Source: Azolla caroliniana (lineage: Eukaryota; Plantae; Polypodiophyta). Taken from it: DNA of 64,000 nucleotides. The stretch covers positions 14,942,001-15,006,000 of the forward strand of contig JBHGNT010000003.1 in NCBI GenBank assembly GCA_043228905.1, read 5' to 3'. The notes beneath the pieces were generated by a model. It was not told where the DNA came from and searched no databases. It was given only the letters and a program-made list of their open reading frames with translations. This document shows, piece by piece, positions 26,653 to 39,982 of the stretch; position 1 is the stretch's first letter, and every line of letters begins with the position of its first letter. Made by a program: the position numbers and the translations under genes.

Positions 26653-27388
26653 TGTCGCGTTGTTACGCGCGTGCGTGTAGAAGGGCGGGACCACGGGGGT
26701 CTCGGACTAGGGAAGAAGGGAAGCCGAGAAGACGATTCCGGGCGTGTTCCGGAAGCAATCGAACGAGAGAGAGAAAGAGAGGGAGAAAGAGAGGGAGCGC
26801 GCGCTTGACACCGACTCACACACACTCATACGCACGCCGACCCGACTCATGCCCTTATGCACAGGAAACGTAGGAAAGGGGAAACACCCGACACCAACAG
26901 AGACACGAATATACACAGACAAACGCAAATGTATGTGTTACAAGGGAAAGAATACAACCCCGGCTTCGAGCCGGACCAAGCTAGGGTAGGTTACAACAGC
27001 AGTCTGCAACCAAGCCGTTGTCCGGGGAGCTCTCGGGCTCGTCACGCAGAGCGGGGTCTTGGACAGGAGACCGAGCAGAAACAACCCTCAACAGTCGACC
27101 GACACCGCGAAGAAGAGGAAGAAGAAGAAGAAGAACTAACCCTAAATCTAACAGTATACCCTCTAACACAAAACGGGCAACCCTTTCACAAAGGGCGCTC
27201 CCTTCCTTTTATAGAACAAGGAGAGGGATGCATTACAATGTGGGATAAATCCCGACTTACATGGGATTCTTTGTCCCGACTTGACTCCTACTATTCACAC
27301 GTTTTTACAAGGGTGAGTGCATATGGTGCACACCGCCGATTCTCTCGATATTCTCCGATTCCGCCTAGGGACGGTTTTCTCCACGACA
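26653..27388 (-). repeat. 3' LTR of the gag-only element (736 bp)
   Basis: Direct repeat of 36766-37513; adjacent to the PPT. Confidence 0.92.
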
Positions 27389-28139
27389 TCCGCCTCCACC
27401 TAACCGCGCATCCACCGGTATGCGCCAAAATAGACTTTTTGCCGGAGAAGACTGGCCCACACTTACCCTTCGTCTTCCAGATCGTCATTCACTTCGGACC
27501 GGTTCATCCTCGTGCCGCTTGCCTCTTCGTAGGCTCATTTGTCTCGTCGATGGGTCTTTCGCCGCGATCTCCGTAGTACGCGTACTCCCGTTGGCCCTTG
27601 TTCGGCCGTATGCACGCCCTGCTCTCCGTCGTATGCCCGATGTCCTCCGCTTGAGGAACGCCCGTAGTGGCCCGCTTGGCCCTTCCCGTTTCATGCTGCT
27701 GCAACAGGTCCTGAGTCTTCCGCTTGTCGTCGCCCCCTCCCCCCCCACCAGCTTGTCATCCCGGGCTTGCCGTGTTAGCCTTTGCTACTCTGACTGAGCT
27801 GCCGAGATCTACGAAGCGAGTGTGGAGGATCCTCCTCCGGCCTCTCTTGTCATCCCCTAACTCCGACCCTGTGCAGTCCACTATGCACCCATCACCTCGT
27901 TCCCGGCACCTCCCTAGTGCCGTCTTCCGCTTCCTTTGTTCAGCACCGCCCATGCCGAACACCATCCCGTAGTCATGCTTCGATCTGGCCCGCGATGGCC
28001 ACTTGCGAGACTGTTGTTCCTCCCCAGGTGTGCCTTTCCGGCCCGACACACCTCCCTGTGTTTGCCCCTATCGGCTCCTTCTGAAACCGTAACCGGCCGG
28101 TAAGGGTTTCGCACTTCGTCCACCCCGTCTTACCGACTC

Positions 28140-29310
28140 CCAATCTGCTATCTCGTGTCGCCGGGTCCTGTTCCCTACCGCCACGGTCCTTCTCCCTAGG
28201 TCTCACGTTGCGACGTTGGCCGAATTGCCGTGTTCTCCGAATCGGTGTGAGGGTCCCATAGGACCGGTCTTCGTTTCGTTGCTTGCCGAAATGCGGGTGT
28301 CTTTTGTTTGAGTCCCCCCCGGACTCTCCTCGTGTCTTCCGCGTAGTCGAGTCCTGTTTCCCGCCGCCACCAACCTTCTCCCTAGGTCTCACGTTGCCCC
28401 GCTGGCCGAACTGCCGGGGTCTCTGGTCTGGGTTGGGGATCCCGTAGGACCGGACTTCCTTATGCCCGTGACCTTGCCGGTAGGTCTTTCGGTTCGTAGC
28501 CGCTTCGCCGGCCTGATACCTTCCTTCTCCGCTTCCCGTTGTCCGATCACGTTCACCTGCCGCCACCGATCTCTCCTATAGGACTCACGTCGGCTCTCGG
28601 GCCGACCGCCGGATCGGTGTGAGGATCTTCGTGGGACCTCCCCTTCTGGCTTCGGTTGCCCGCCTTGCCGCGGCTACCGTTCCTTACTCTAGGTCTCACA
28701 CCTCCTCTTGTCGTTGGTTGCCGGAATCTTTAGAACCGGTGTGTGTAAGGTCGCAGCTGCACCGCTCTGCCTTCGCCATCCTCTTCTGTTGGGCACGTTC
28801 ACCTGCCGCCACCGATCTCTCCTATAGGACTCACGCCGGCTCTCGGGCTGACCGCCGGATCGGTGTGAGGATCTTCGTAGACTGTCCATCCGCAGTTCTT
28901 TGCCTTCGTCCCCTCGCCACCACCGTCAGTATCTTGGTCTTACGTCGACTGCGTTGCCGACTGCCGAAGTCTCTAGATCCGGTGTGAAGGATCCTCCTTG
29001 GGCCTCCAATTTGCCTTCCCGACCCTGTCCCGGGTCGTCCTTCTCCACATGCCGAGAGGGTGGCTCGCTCCACACCCTTTCCTGTGGTACCGACGTACCG
29101 TGTTCCTAGCCTCTTCCTAGGCCTGCTCTCTTCCTCCCTCCCGGAATGGTTATCCGGGAGTCCGCTCCGCCCGGTTCTTGTCCGTGTCCGTTCGTCGTTC
29201 TCCGGATTGACGGGTCCCGTTCTCCCGCTACCACCGTCCTCTCCTATAGGACTCACGCTGGCACTCGAGCCGACATCCGGATCAGTGTGAGGATCTCTGT
29301 AGGACCGGTC
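28140..29310. repeat. Internal degenerate repeats of the gag-only element
   Basis: CTCTCCTATAGGACTCACG.CGGC.CTCG.GC.GAC..CCGGATC.GTGTGAGGATCT at ~28570, ~28816 and ~29240, plus related CTCCCTAGGTCTCACGTTGC units at ~28190 and ~28378. Confidence 0.75.
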
Positions 29311-30542
29311 TTCGTTCTCCTCTTCCTTCTTTGTACTTCTCCCGAACTTGTCGTTGCTCTCCTTCTCGCGTTCCCGCCTCCATCTCCCATCTCTCGAGGT
29401 CTCACACCGGCGCTCGTTGTCGGCTGAGTCTCTGGATAAGACGTGGTGTTTCCGTCCCGTAATGACTTGTGGACGCTCGTTTGGGGACTTGGTCTGTGAT
29501 CAACCAAGCCCCGCCTGGGCTTGGTTCTCCAATGTCCGGAGTTTTGGCTCTAATACCGACCTCTCCGGACTCGTTCCGAACCCTTGATCACTTCCCTGCC
29601 AATCCCTGACCTTCGCCCGGTCGGTCTTTCTCCCCATGTAAAAGAGGGCAGCTCGTCCCGCACCCTCTCCCGTATCAGCACCTTCATGCCGTATCCAGCC
29701 CAAATCGAACAATCCACAACCGACCCTTTTGCGGGCCACCTCCCATCCATCTTCGCTGGCATCGTGCCAGGACTCCTCGATACCGTCATCCATCACCTTG
29801 GTCTCACATAGGCATAAGGGCCCGAATGCCGAGTTCTCTGGAATCGGGTTCGAGGGCTTTCATCCGCTCCTTCCCCATATCGTCTCGCCGGTGATTCTCG
29901 GTCTCTGGCCGCCGCCTTCCTCCTCTTGGGACTCACGTGGGCACTCGGGCCTGACTGCCATCGTCTTGGGAGCAAGTGTGGGAAGACACGAGGAATCGCC
30001 CGTCCGTTTTATGCCCTTGTTCGTAGCCACCGGCTCTTCGTGGTCGGTGGTCGTCTCCTTACAAATCGCGCAAGCCCCGCCTGGGCTTGCTTCTCCAATG
30101 TCCGGGGTTTCGGGCTGACACACCCGAAACTGCAGGTCCCATCGTTCCGATTCCTCGATCGGTATCCTAGCCTCGACCTCGGCCGTTCTATCTCCGCAAG
30201 TCGAGAGGGCATTTTGTTCCGCACCCTCTCCCGTGGTACCGTGGTACCGGTCTTCCGCCATCACGTGGGGCAAGTTCGGCTCCTCGGCGTAAGCTTGCGG
30301 CCTTGATCTTTCCTCTTCCTCGAGCATCGCCTCAAGAGCCGCGTACGCTTCCGCAATCCTGGCCCCGAAGCCGAGCCTTGCCGACTCTCTTTGCCGTTCG
30401 GCCTCTTCCCGCTATGATGGCACGCCATCGCGCGCCTTCGTCTTAGCCTTCTCAGCTCGCTCGTCATCTAGCTGTTGACACACCCATCCGACCTTCGACC
30501 AGTCCTCAGTGAGGCCATTCGCTCCGTCGTCGTCTTCGAGCT

Positions 30543-33500
30543 TGTAAAAAGAAACGTGCGGAAGCAAGTATGAAGACCGAAGAGAAGAGAGGAAACTCAG
30601 GTTTAATGGAGAGCTTGGGCTTACGCAGTATACGCGGGAGAGACAGAGAGAGAAACACAAAAAAAATATATTCAATAATAATACTCAGTCTATACATAAG
30701 ACATGCTCAGTGAACACTTTTATACAAGTCCTAGAAGGACTGACCAAAGTACTGACAGTACTTCAATGCTCATCAAGAGCTCCTACACTAACTCCCAAAT
30801 ATATTCCTCACGGAATATCTTTCCTAACGGCCTCCCGGTTTATGCACTCGGCCTAACCGATTGGTCCCAACTGATCGGGTCCTCGGCTTCTTCAGCCGAT
30901 CCGGCCGATGTTGAGCTTGTCTCTCAACACTCCCCCTCAAGCTCAACTTGAGGCTCTTCGGGATCCTCGGGCTCACGACTCCGGTTCCTCCTGGCTTCAC
31001 GCCTCGCTCGCGCTCCTCGACCTGTTCGACTACGCGCGCTTTGACCCTTCCGGTCGGCTTGTCTGCTCATGCGGCCCTTATCAGCTCTTCTCCTGTTGCG
31101 GTGTTGACGCTTCTCCTGCTGCCTTTTCTTCCGCTTGGGCCTCGGTTGATTCAGCGTGTCTGAATCAAACATCTGAACCGACTCGGCTACCTCCGATCAG
31201 TTTTCGCTCTCGTCTCAGTTGGCTGTCTCCAACTCGTCTTCGGTCTTCTCGCCTTCGATGGCGTCATCTTCCCCATGCGTGGTTGGCTTTGGCTCTCTCC
31301 TTCACTTGCTCCCCTTATGTCTGCTTCCGAACTTTTCCGCGGGTCCGCCCTCGGCTTCTTCAGCCGATCCGATGTCGAACTTGTCAACCGACTCGGTGTC
31401 GCGGTGTCCGCTGCATTCCTGCTGCCTTGCTTGGTCTTTCGGGACTGTTCTCCCCCTCAAGTTCGGCACGTCGAGGTGATGCAACCCGAGCGCACCTGAG
31501 AATTGCCGCAACTTGTCCAGACCAAGAGGCTTGGTGAAGATGTCGGCAGCCTGCCGATCCGTCGGAACGTACTGAAGTTCGACTTCACCAGAAAGCACAC
31601 GCTCACGGACGAAATGGTAGTGCACCTCAATGTGCTTGGTCCGTGCGTGGAAGACGGGGTTCTTCGCGAGCTGGATGCTGCTGAGGTTGTTGCAGTAGAT
31701 CGTCGTCGGATCGGACACCTCCTCTCGCAGGTCCTTAAGTAGCCGCTTCAACCATATGGCTTCGCATGTCGCGACAGCCGCTCCTCGGTACTCGGCTTCG
31801 GTGCTCGATAGTGCAACTGTCGGCTGCTTCTTACTGCTCCACGCGATCGCGGCACTCCCGAGGGAGAACGCGTATCCAGACGTGGATCGGCGATCGGCGG
31901 CGTTGCCAGCCCAATCAGCATCAGTGTAGCCGACTAACTGCACAGTTGCACCAGTCCGATATAGCAGTCCCCGGTCCTTAGTGCCGTTGACATACCGAAG
32001 TATGCATTGCGCACACTGAAGGTGCTCCTCGGTAGGTCGCGCCATGAACTGACTGATCACTCCGACCGGATAACTGAGGTCGGGTCGGGTGATGGTCAAG
32101 TAGATAAGGCTTCCGACAATTTGTCGGAACCTCGTCGGGTCGCATACCTTTCCCGTATTGGGACGAAGCTTGACAGTTCTGTCCAGAGGAGTTGAGAAGG
32201 ACTTACAGTCGGCCATCCCGAATTTGAAGAGCATACTCAACACGTAATGACATTGGCTGATGAATATGCCTTCGGGGGTACGGATTACTTCGATCCCGAG
32301 GAAGTAATGAAGGTCCCCCAGATCCTTCATGTTGAACGATGCCGCAAGCTGAAGCTTCACGCGGTCGATTTCACCTAGGTCGGCGCCGGTGATGACCAAG
32401 TCATCAACATATAGTAAAATACTAATTGGTCCGAGTCGACCTTTCTAGATGAACAGGGAAGAGTCCGATTTTGACGTGACGAAGCCCATCCGACGCAGTT
32501 GTTGCGTGATCTTCCCTTTCCAGGCACGCGGGGCTTGCTTCAGTCCGTAAAGGGACTTCTTCAGTCGGCATACTGCCGAGGAGTTCGTTCCAGAGTGAAA
32601 TCCGGGGGTCTGTACCATGTACACTTGTTCCTCAAGGTCACCTTGCAGGAACGCATTCTTTACATCCATCTGATGTAAGTGCCACCCCTTTGCCGCAGCT
32701 ACTGCGAGCAAAACACGGACGGTCGTCATTTTCGCGACCGGCGCAAATGTCTCTTCGTAGTCGATGTCGTGTTTCTGCGCGTAGCCCTTTGCCACCAGCC
32801 GAGCCTTGTACCGGTTACCAGAGCCATCGGTGTTGTACTTGACCTTGTACACCCACCTACACCCAATATGTTTTACCCCCATTGGTGCGTCAACCAGGTC
32901 CCAGGTCTCGTTCTCCGCCAATGCGTGCATCTCTTCCTCCATCGCGGCGTGCCAATTCGCGTCCTTCGTTGTTTCTGCGTAGCTCTCAGGCTCACGCACT
33001 TCCGCTACACGGGTCATGTACGCATAATGATGCGCCATGTACTCGTTGTATCCGAACCGCACAACTGGGTTCTTTTGGCGGGTAGATCAGCGTAATCTCA
33101 CATTAGCCGATGTCGAGGCCTTCTCGGTCGACGCGGTCTTCACCTTAAAAGACCCGTCACCGGTTCCCTCGGAGTCGGACTCGCGTCGGTCTGACTCGTT
33201 CCTATCCGTGCCGTAATCCGACACCTTCTTTTTCCCTTTCTCTTTGCGCGTAGGCCGTCTCCTCGGCTTCCTGCGAGGGGAATGCACGGCCGAGTCACCA
33301 CTACTCGCCGGCTCTTCATCGGACTGGTCGTACCGACTCAGTCGTCCAATCGGTCCACTTAACCGGAGTGAAATCGAACTCTCTTCGTGGGGCTCGATTT
33401 CGGGCTCATCCGGAGGCATCTCGGCCTCGCTGACCTCATCGTCAGAGCTCGTATTGGAGTCGGGGTTCCGAGTCGGGGGTAGGTACCAGGACGCAGACTC

Positions 33501-36197
33501 GTCAAACACAACGTCGCGGCTGACACGCGCTTGTTTGGTGCGAGGGTTATACCACTTATAACCCTTCTGCTTGTCCGAGTAACCGACCAAGATGCACTTC
33601 TCGACCTTTGCGTCTAGCTTCCTCCTTTTCTCCTTCGGTACATGCACATACGCAATGCTACCGAACACCCTCAAGTGTCGCAAGTTCGGCTTCGTTCCGA
33701 AATATAGCTCGTGCGACGACACTTTGTCTCCGATCCGGTTCTGGATGTATACCGCGGTCCTTACCGCCTCGGCCCAATAAAACTTGGGCAAGCTCTTCTC
33801 CTCCAGCATTTCCCGTGCCGCTTCCACAACTGACCGATTCTTCCTCTCGGCCATGCCGTTCTGCTCTGGCGTGTATCTATAACTGAATTCGCGCCGAATT
33901 CCCATTTGTTGTAGATAACCGTTGAATTGACCGGAAAAGTACTCTTTTCCGCCATCCGACCGCAAGCACTTGATCTTTCGTCCCGTTTCGGCTTCCACGA
34001 ACCCTTTGAGGTCCCGGAAACAGTCGAAGACTTCACTCTTCCTCTCAATAAGGTAGATCCACGTGTGCCGTGTGTGGTCGTCGATGAAGGAGACGAAATA
34101 TCGGCTCCCGCCAAGACTAACGTTTTGTGCCGGCCCCCATACATCGGAGTGTATAAGGTCAAGCTTATTCCGGCTCCAATTTGGCTCGTTGGGGAAAGGA
34201 AGTCGGTGTTGCTTCCCGAGCTGGCAGGCTTCACAAATTTGTGCCTTTCGGCCACTAAATTTGGGCAATCCGAATACTACCTGTTTCGATTGCAGATCTT
34301 GAAGCCGTTGATGGTTGACGTGGCCTATCCGCTTGTGCCACAAGTCGATGTCCGACTCGGCTTTTTGTCCCTTTGCGAACATTGCGGTGCCGCCGTCAGT
34401 GGAGTCGAGGATGAACATCCTCCCGTCTCTGCGCCCTTGCGCAATCACACGGCCTTCTTCCTCAATGAAGCACCCGAGGTGTGTAAACCGAACCTCCATC
34501 CCTTGGTCGACGATCTGTCCGATCGAGACCAAGTTCTTCGTGATTGTCGGAACGTGCAGCATGTTCATGAGTTTCCCTTTCTGCCCGACATGGCTAAGGG
34601 GAACTTCTCCGACATTCGCGATCAGATGCGGAGTGTCGTCTCCAGTTGCGACTACTCCAGGTTGTATCTGTTTTTCCAGGTACAAGAACCACTCCTTATG
34701 GCTCGTCATGTGGTTTGACGCGCCGGTGTCTACGTACCACACCTCGTCCGCTCTCGGGGTGCTCTGTTTCATTGAGTTTGCTTCGTGTCTCGTCATGAAG
34801 ACAGACCCTTCTCCGGCTCTCCCGGAGTCTTCGGCGTAGTGCGATTGCTGCCGATTTCCCTTGTCGGTATTTCTGGAGCCATTTCTCTCCGAATCGGCGC
34901 GCTTCTTCCAGCACTCACTTTCCCGGTGGCCTTTCTTGCCATAGTACCAGCACTCCATGATGGCCTTCCCTTGCCGGTTCTCATCGCTTCGACTCCCCCT
35001 GTTTCCGGAGGGTCCGGAGTTGCTATCGGCATTACTTTGGTGCCTTCTTCCTTGATCTCGTCGGCCGCCTTCATTGCGCCCCGACTTGCCTCGTCCTCCA
35101 CGTCCACGAGGCCTATCTCCCTCCGTGTACAGTATTCTGTTGTCGGCGTGCGTGCTTGTAGACGCACCCGCGTGGTTCTCCTCTACCAGGAGCATTGACT
35201 GTAAGTCGAAAAAGGACGGCGTATTCTCCCGGGTACACACAGCCGTTCGGAACGCTCCGAACTTCGACGCCAAACCTCCGAGACAGATCTGGACCATCTC
35301 GCTCTCCTCGATGTTCACCTCTATGGAGGCTAGCGAGTCGCAGATATCCTTGACCTTGGAGGTATAGTCCGCCACCGACAAATCACGTTGTCGTAGGTTG
35401 CTCAACTCCTGTCGGAGCTGAAGCTTCCTGGTTGTGGTGGTCGCGGCGAAAATCTTCTTCAAATTTTCCCACGCACCCTTTGGCGTCTTTGCATCCCGAA
35501 CATAGCTCAATAGTTGTTCTCCCACAAACGACGCGAAGCAGTATAATAGCCTGCTCGCCGATTGCTCCCACGACGGGAAGTCTCTGTGTGTCGATTCGGG
35601 TGCCGCGTCATTAGCTCCTTCGACATAACTCCAGTAGCCGTGCCCAAGCAAGTACTGGTGCATCTTGTAGGACCAAGACGCGTAGTTGGTTCTGTCGAGC
35701 TTCTCTGTTGGAAGCGAGCTCGCCATGCCTCTATCCATCGTTCTTCTTGTTCTTCTTCGTCAAGTTGTGTCGGCCGCAGAGAGGTTCTCAACCCTCGCGC
35801 TCTGGTACCATGTAAAAAGAAACGTGCAGAAGCAAGTATGAAGACCGAAGAGAAGAGAGGAAACTCAGGTTTAATGGAGAGCTTGGGCTTACGTAGTATA
35901 CGCGGGAGAGACTGAGAGAGAAACACAAAAAAAAAAAATTCAATAATAATACTCAGTCTGTACATAAGACGTGCTCAGTGAACACTTTTATACAAGTCGT
36001 AGAAGGACTGACCGAAGTACTGATAGTACTTCAATGCTCATCAAGAGCTCCTACACTAACTCCCAAATATATTCCTCATGGAATATCTTTCCTAACGGCC
36101 TCCCGGTTTATGCACTCTGCCTAACTGATCGGTCCCAACTGATCCGGTCCTCGGTTTCTTTAGCCGATCCGGCCGATGTTGAGCTTGTCTCTCAATA
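30543..36197 (-). mobile_element. Full-length Ty1/Copia beta element nested in the gag of the gag-only element
   Basis: LTRs 30543-30929 and 35811-36197 (about 18 differences), PBS TGGTACCAGAGC at 35799-35810, PPT, TSD GAGCT/GAGGT. The host gag frame EAIGI(E)LEDDDG rejoins across it. Confidence 0.93.
30924..35738 (-). pseudogene. Copia beta gag-pol with premature stops
   Basis: ORFs of 883 aa (gag-PR-IN), 205 aa and 365 aa (RT-RNase H), separated by in-frame stops at 33087, 32445 and 31302. Confidence 0.93.
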
Positions 36198-36743
36198 GAG
36201 GTCAATCCCGATGGCCTCCCGTTCCGCTCGGTCGATCGACCTGACGAACAATAGGACTTTGTCCGCCCCCACCAAACCTTGTTCCCGCTCCGGGAGCCGG
36301 GCAAGCCGTCGCTCGAACTCTCGGAACGCCTTCATTGCGCCCTGGTGGGTTTTTGCCGTTGCTACCCATTGGTCGAAGTCGTGTCGTCCCTGGCTCTTCC
36401 GCCGTCCTTCGTATGCCTTCAGGAGCACCTCTTCGAAGGCCTCCCATGAATTATGAGCTTAACGCAGCTCCTTCACTCCCGCGTGCTTACGGACGGCGAC
36501 AGCCCGACAGAAGAACTCCCGCCTCAACGCTTTGTCCACGTCTCGCTCCTCCATTTCCGCGTTGTAGGCTTCCAAGTAAGATGGGACTTTGTCCCCGTTG
36601 AAACGACCGACTCTTTCGACCACTCGCTCAACCGCTTGCTGCGCTGCTTCTCGCCTCATCGCCACTCGTGCAGACTCCAACACCACTTCGGCCACCATCT
36701 CCGCGAGGTCACCATCTTCCGACTCCATGCTCCCTTGCCGCCC

Positions 36744-36761
36744 TTCACGTCGGGTTCACCA
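36744..36761 (-). promoter_or_regulatory. Primer binding site complementary to tRNA-Trp
   Basis: Plus strand TTCACGTCGGGTTCACCA matches, from memory, the 3' 18 nt of plant cytosolic tRNA-Trp plus CCA. It lies 4 nt from the 5' LTR. Confidence 0.8.
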
Positions 36762-36765
36762 AATG

Positions 36766-37513
36766 TGTCGCGTTGTTATGCGCGTGCATGTAGAAGGGCG
36801 GGACCACGGGGGTCTCGGACTAGGGAAGAAGGGAAGCCAAGAAGACGATTCCGGGCGCGTTCCGGAAGCAACCGAACGAGAGGGAGAAAGAGAGGGAGAG
36901 AGAGAGGGAGAAAGAGAGGGAGCGCGCGCTTGACACCGACTCACACACACTCATACACACGCCGACCCGACTCACGCCCTTATGTACAGGAAACGCAGGA
37001 AAGGGGAAGCACCCGACACCAACAGAGACACGAATATACACAAACAGACGGAAATGTATGTATTACAAGGGAAAGAATACAACCCCGGCTTCGAGCCGGA
37101 CCAAGCTAGGGTAGGTTACAACAGCAGTCTGCTGCCAAGCCGCTGTCCGGGGAGCTCTCGGGCTCGTCACGCAGAGCGGGGTCTTGGACAGGAGACCGAG
37201 CAGAAACAACCCTCAACAGTCGACCGACACCACGAAGAAGAGGAGGAAGAAGAAGAAGAACTAACCCTAAATCTAACAGTATACCCTCTAACACAAAACG
37301 AGCAACCCTTTCACAAAGGGCGCTCCCTTCCTTTTATAGAACAAGGAGAGGGATGCGTTACAATGTGGGATAAATCCCGACTTACATGGGATTCTCTGTC
37401 CCGACTTGACTCATACTATTCACACGTTTTTACAAGGGTGAGTGCACATGGTGCACACCGCCGATTCTCTCGATATTCTCCGATTCCGCCTAGGGACGGT
37501 TTTCTCCACGACA
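36766..37513 (-). repeat. 5' LTR of the gag-only element
   Basis: Direct repeat of 26653-27388. Confidence 0.92.
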
Positions 37514-38665
37514 ACGGGTCGAGGGGTCCCAAAGCCACAACAACAAGGGAGTTGATAAGGGCCTAACGGTAGAAAAGCTAACCGAAGGGGTCGAGATGCA
37601 CGGCACTGGACGGGTCAAGCAACGTTGGACTAGAGGGGTCGTGGAACGCTAGATCAGACGGGACGAGGAGCACGAGCAAGGCGTGAAGACGCCAGGAGGA
37701 GGATGCTGACACGATGGATTGACCTCAAGATGAGCTTGAGGGGGAGTGTTGAGGAGCAATCTCAACATTGGCCGGATCGGATGAAGATTGATTGGCTAGG
37801 CCCGCATCGGAGAACCAGATCCGCGGGGAGCCGATAGGCTGTTAGAGGCCTACTTTCCTAATTTAGTAAGTAGTTTTATTTTTAGGAGCTCAGTTACGAG
37901 CATTGAAGTACTTGTCAATACTTTTGACCGTCCGTTAAGGACTTATATAAAAATTCTCTTTGAGCACAATTATATGTATAGAGAACATTTTATTTTGAAT
38001 CAAGTTTTTTGTCTTCTGCTCTCTCTATCCCTCCCGCGTATTGTGCTTATCTCCATTGTTTTCTGTGTGTCTTCTATTGTTGTCCGACTGAGCAGGTTGT
38101 GTCTATTTTAACTTCCGCACGTTAATCTTTTCAATACATAAAACTCAAGAGGACACCAAAAACTTGTAGTAAATTGGCCACCCTGATGTGAAAGGTGCCC
38201 AAACTCTTTGTAAAGAGCTACAAAGTGGCATTTTGTTGACTTTAGTTGTTCTTCTTCTTCGTTCCTTGGTTTTTTTCCCTTTCACATAGTTATACTAGAC
38301 CTCTACCTGTTTTCTCTTAGTTTTTCACTTAATCCAACGAGTGATTAACGTTAAGTACTAATTAGCCAAACCAAACCCTATTGTTCTACCTCTTGTATGT
38401 GTATCATATATATCTTAATTGTTACCGTATGAGATGTACGGAGAGTTGAGTGTGATGAGCGAGGGTGAAGAGACTTAATGTTGTTGTATGTATGTGTAAT
38501 GTATACGATTATGAGTGTGAATGTAAGTGTGAGTGTGAGTGGACAAATAGGAAGAGGTGTGAGTGAGTGATTAGTGTGAATGGCCAAAGGGCCTTGCATC
38601 CCTATGTATCTACCCCTCTTGTAACTATTTAACCCCCTTATGGGGAATGAATAAAAAATGAATAA

Positions 38666-38704
<39 letters not shown>

Positions 38705-38707
<3 letters not shown>

Positions 38708-39295
38708 TGGAAAGCTTCAAATAGCTTGGCCTTGAAGTTCCTTCAAATAATAGATGGAATGAATGTGCTACACGTCGCTTAGAGGTGGGTAAGTGAGCAT
38801 ACTATGCATTTGAGAACACATGCAATCTTGGAGATATTAAGTGTTGGGTCCTCAAGAAATATCTTTTTGACACTTTGGTGACACTGGTTCTTCTCTATGG
38901 GGTGGAAGTATGGTAGCATCCCTAAATCTATGTGGAAAGAGTTTGAAAATGTCCAAAAACATTTTCTTACAAAGTTTCTACAAGTTAAGAAACAAACGCC
39001 CTACACCCTCCTCCTTGAGACGAGATCGCTTCCCATTGAGATCATGGCCATGGAAAGGGTTGTTGAATACATGCTTAAGGTTCAAAAAAGTCCCTCACAT
39101 CGACTTCCTAGAATTGCATGGGAAGCAAGCAAAAAGATCCAAAAGACGCATAAAAGCAAAATTTGGTGTTCCGGTTGGATGCAAGATATAGAAAAATGGT
39201 TTGGTAGATGGGATGCGAGACACTTGCTTCATGATGCATCACTAGATTCCTCTATAAATGAGGCCTTTATGCAACACCAATGTATCATGACATGG
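38705..39295 (+). mobile_element. Internal fragment of the RTE-X-like LINE family (homologous to ~54810-55396)
   Basis: IPKSMWKEFENVQKHFLTKFLQVKKQTPYTLLLET... is near-identical to ORF 54367-55299. Confidence 0.9.
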
Positions 39296-39299
39296 GTCA

Positions 39300-39600
39300 A
39301 TAATAGAACAGTTAAAGGTTAACAAAGGGCAATTTCAATAAGATGCACAAATTACGACCGAAGAAGATCAAAGAGGGAGATTGGGTGATCATGTAAGACA
39401 ACACTCTCAATAATCAACATAGCTTAATGAAGAAGTTCATGAGACAGTGGTTCAGGGCATATATGGTGATCAAAGCAAATGACAATGCCACCAATTACCT
39501 CATTGAACTAAACAAGACAAGGCTCTCATAGTACCTATAGTAGGAAAAATGGTGAAGATCTTCAAGAAGTAGCAAGAAGAGGAGTTGGACATCAAGAACC
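39300..39600 (+). mobile_element. Decayed Ty3/gypsy integrase C-terminal (GPY/F module) fragment
   Basis: Translates as HKLRPKKIKEGDWVIM*DNTLNNQH..KKF.RQWFRAY.V...NDNATNYL.EL. Confidence 0.65.
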
Positions 39601-39623
39601 TTGAGGAGAATGAGGATGACAGG

Positions 39624-39826
39624 TAGGATTTGGGAAGCAAGAGGCGCAAGGAGTGGCTAAGATTAGCTCATGCATTCTTGGCAGAGATTAGAGGAGATGT
39701 TGGTTTGGTAGGGTTGGATGTCGTGATGTGCCAGGTCCAAAGGTGGAATATAGAGGAAAAAATGGAAAATTTTGACAACCATAAAAATGTAAATATTTAA
39801 ATACAAAAACAAATAATATAATAAAT
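39624..39826. repeat. ~200 bp dispersed repeat, copy 1
   Basis: TAGGATTTGGGAAGCAAG...AAATACAAAAACAAAT, highly similar to 49765-49973. Confidence 0.85.
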
Positions 39827-39982
39827 GTTACCCATATAGGTGTATGAGAGGGTTAATGTGTAATGTATAAGGTGTAAGGTGTAATGTGTAAACATGGAAT
39901 AGAGAGAGAGAGAGAGTGTGTGTGTGTACACATTTGGCTTTTTTGTGTGCATGTGTCCAAGAGTGGGGTAAGTAGGTGTAAC

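Larger units (their letters stand above)
26653..37513 (-). mobile_element. Non-autonomous gag-only LTR retrotransposon (Ty3/gypsy-like gag), ~5.2 kb excluding the nested Copia
   Basis: LTRs at 26653-27388 and 36766-37513 with TGTCG...CGACA ends, 4-bp TSD ACGG, tRNA-Trp PBS, PPT GGTGGAGGCGGA. Frameshifted gag-like ORF from 36728 (RFNGDKVPSYLEAYNAEM...DKVLLFV...GLTEDW). No RT/IN motifs seen. Confidence 0.85.
25894..38133 (+). mobile_element. 3' remnant of an older related Copia (gamma), in pieces 25894-26103, 26535-26652 and 37518-38133
   Basis: Encodes EDELETSNSD...FDSE, homologous to the alpha/beta pol tail. PPT GAGCTTGAGGGGGAG and a diverged 387 bp LTR at 37747-38133. Confidence 0.75.

Noticed and set aside
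26857-27576. 239 aa ORF (with twin at 36982-37566)
   Set aside because: Lies antisense within the LTR, has no recognisable domain, and the twin exists only because LTRs are duplicated.
13298-37566. Dozens of long antisense or alternative-frame ORFs in the ORF track
   Set aside because: Shadows of GC-rich retroelement sequence with no independent motifs; they recur only because the elements are duplicated.
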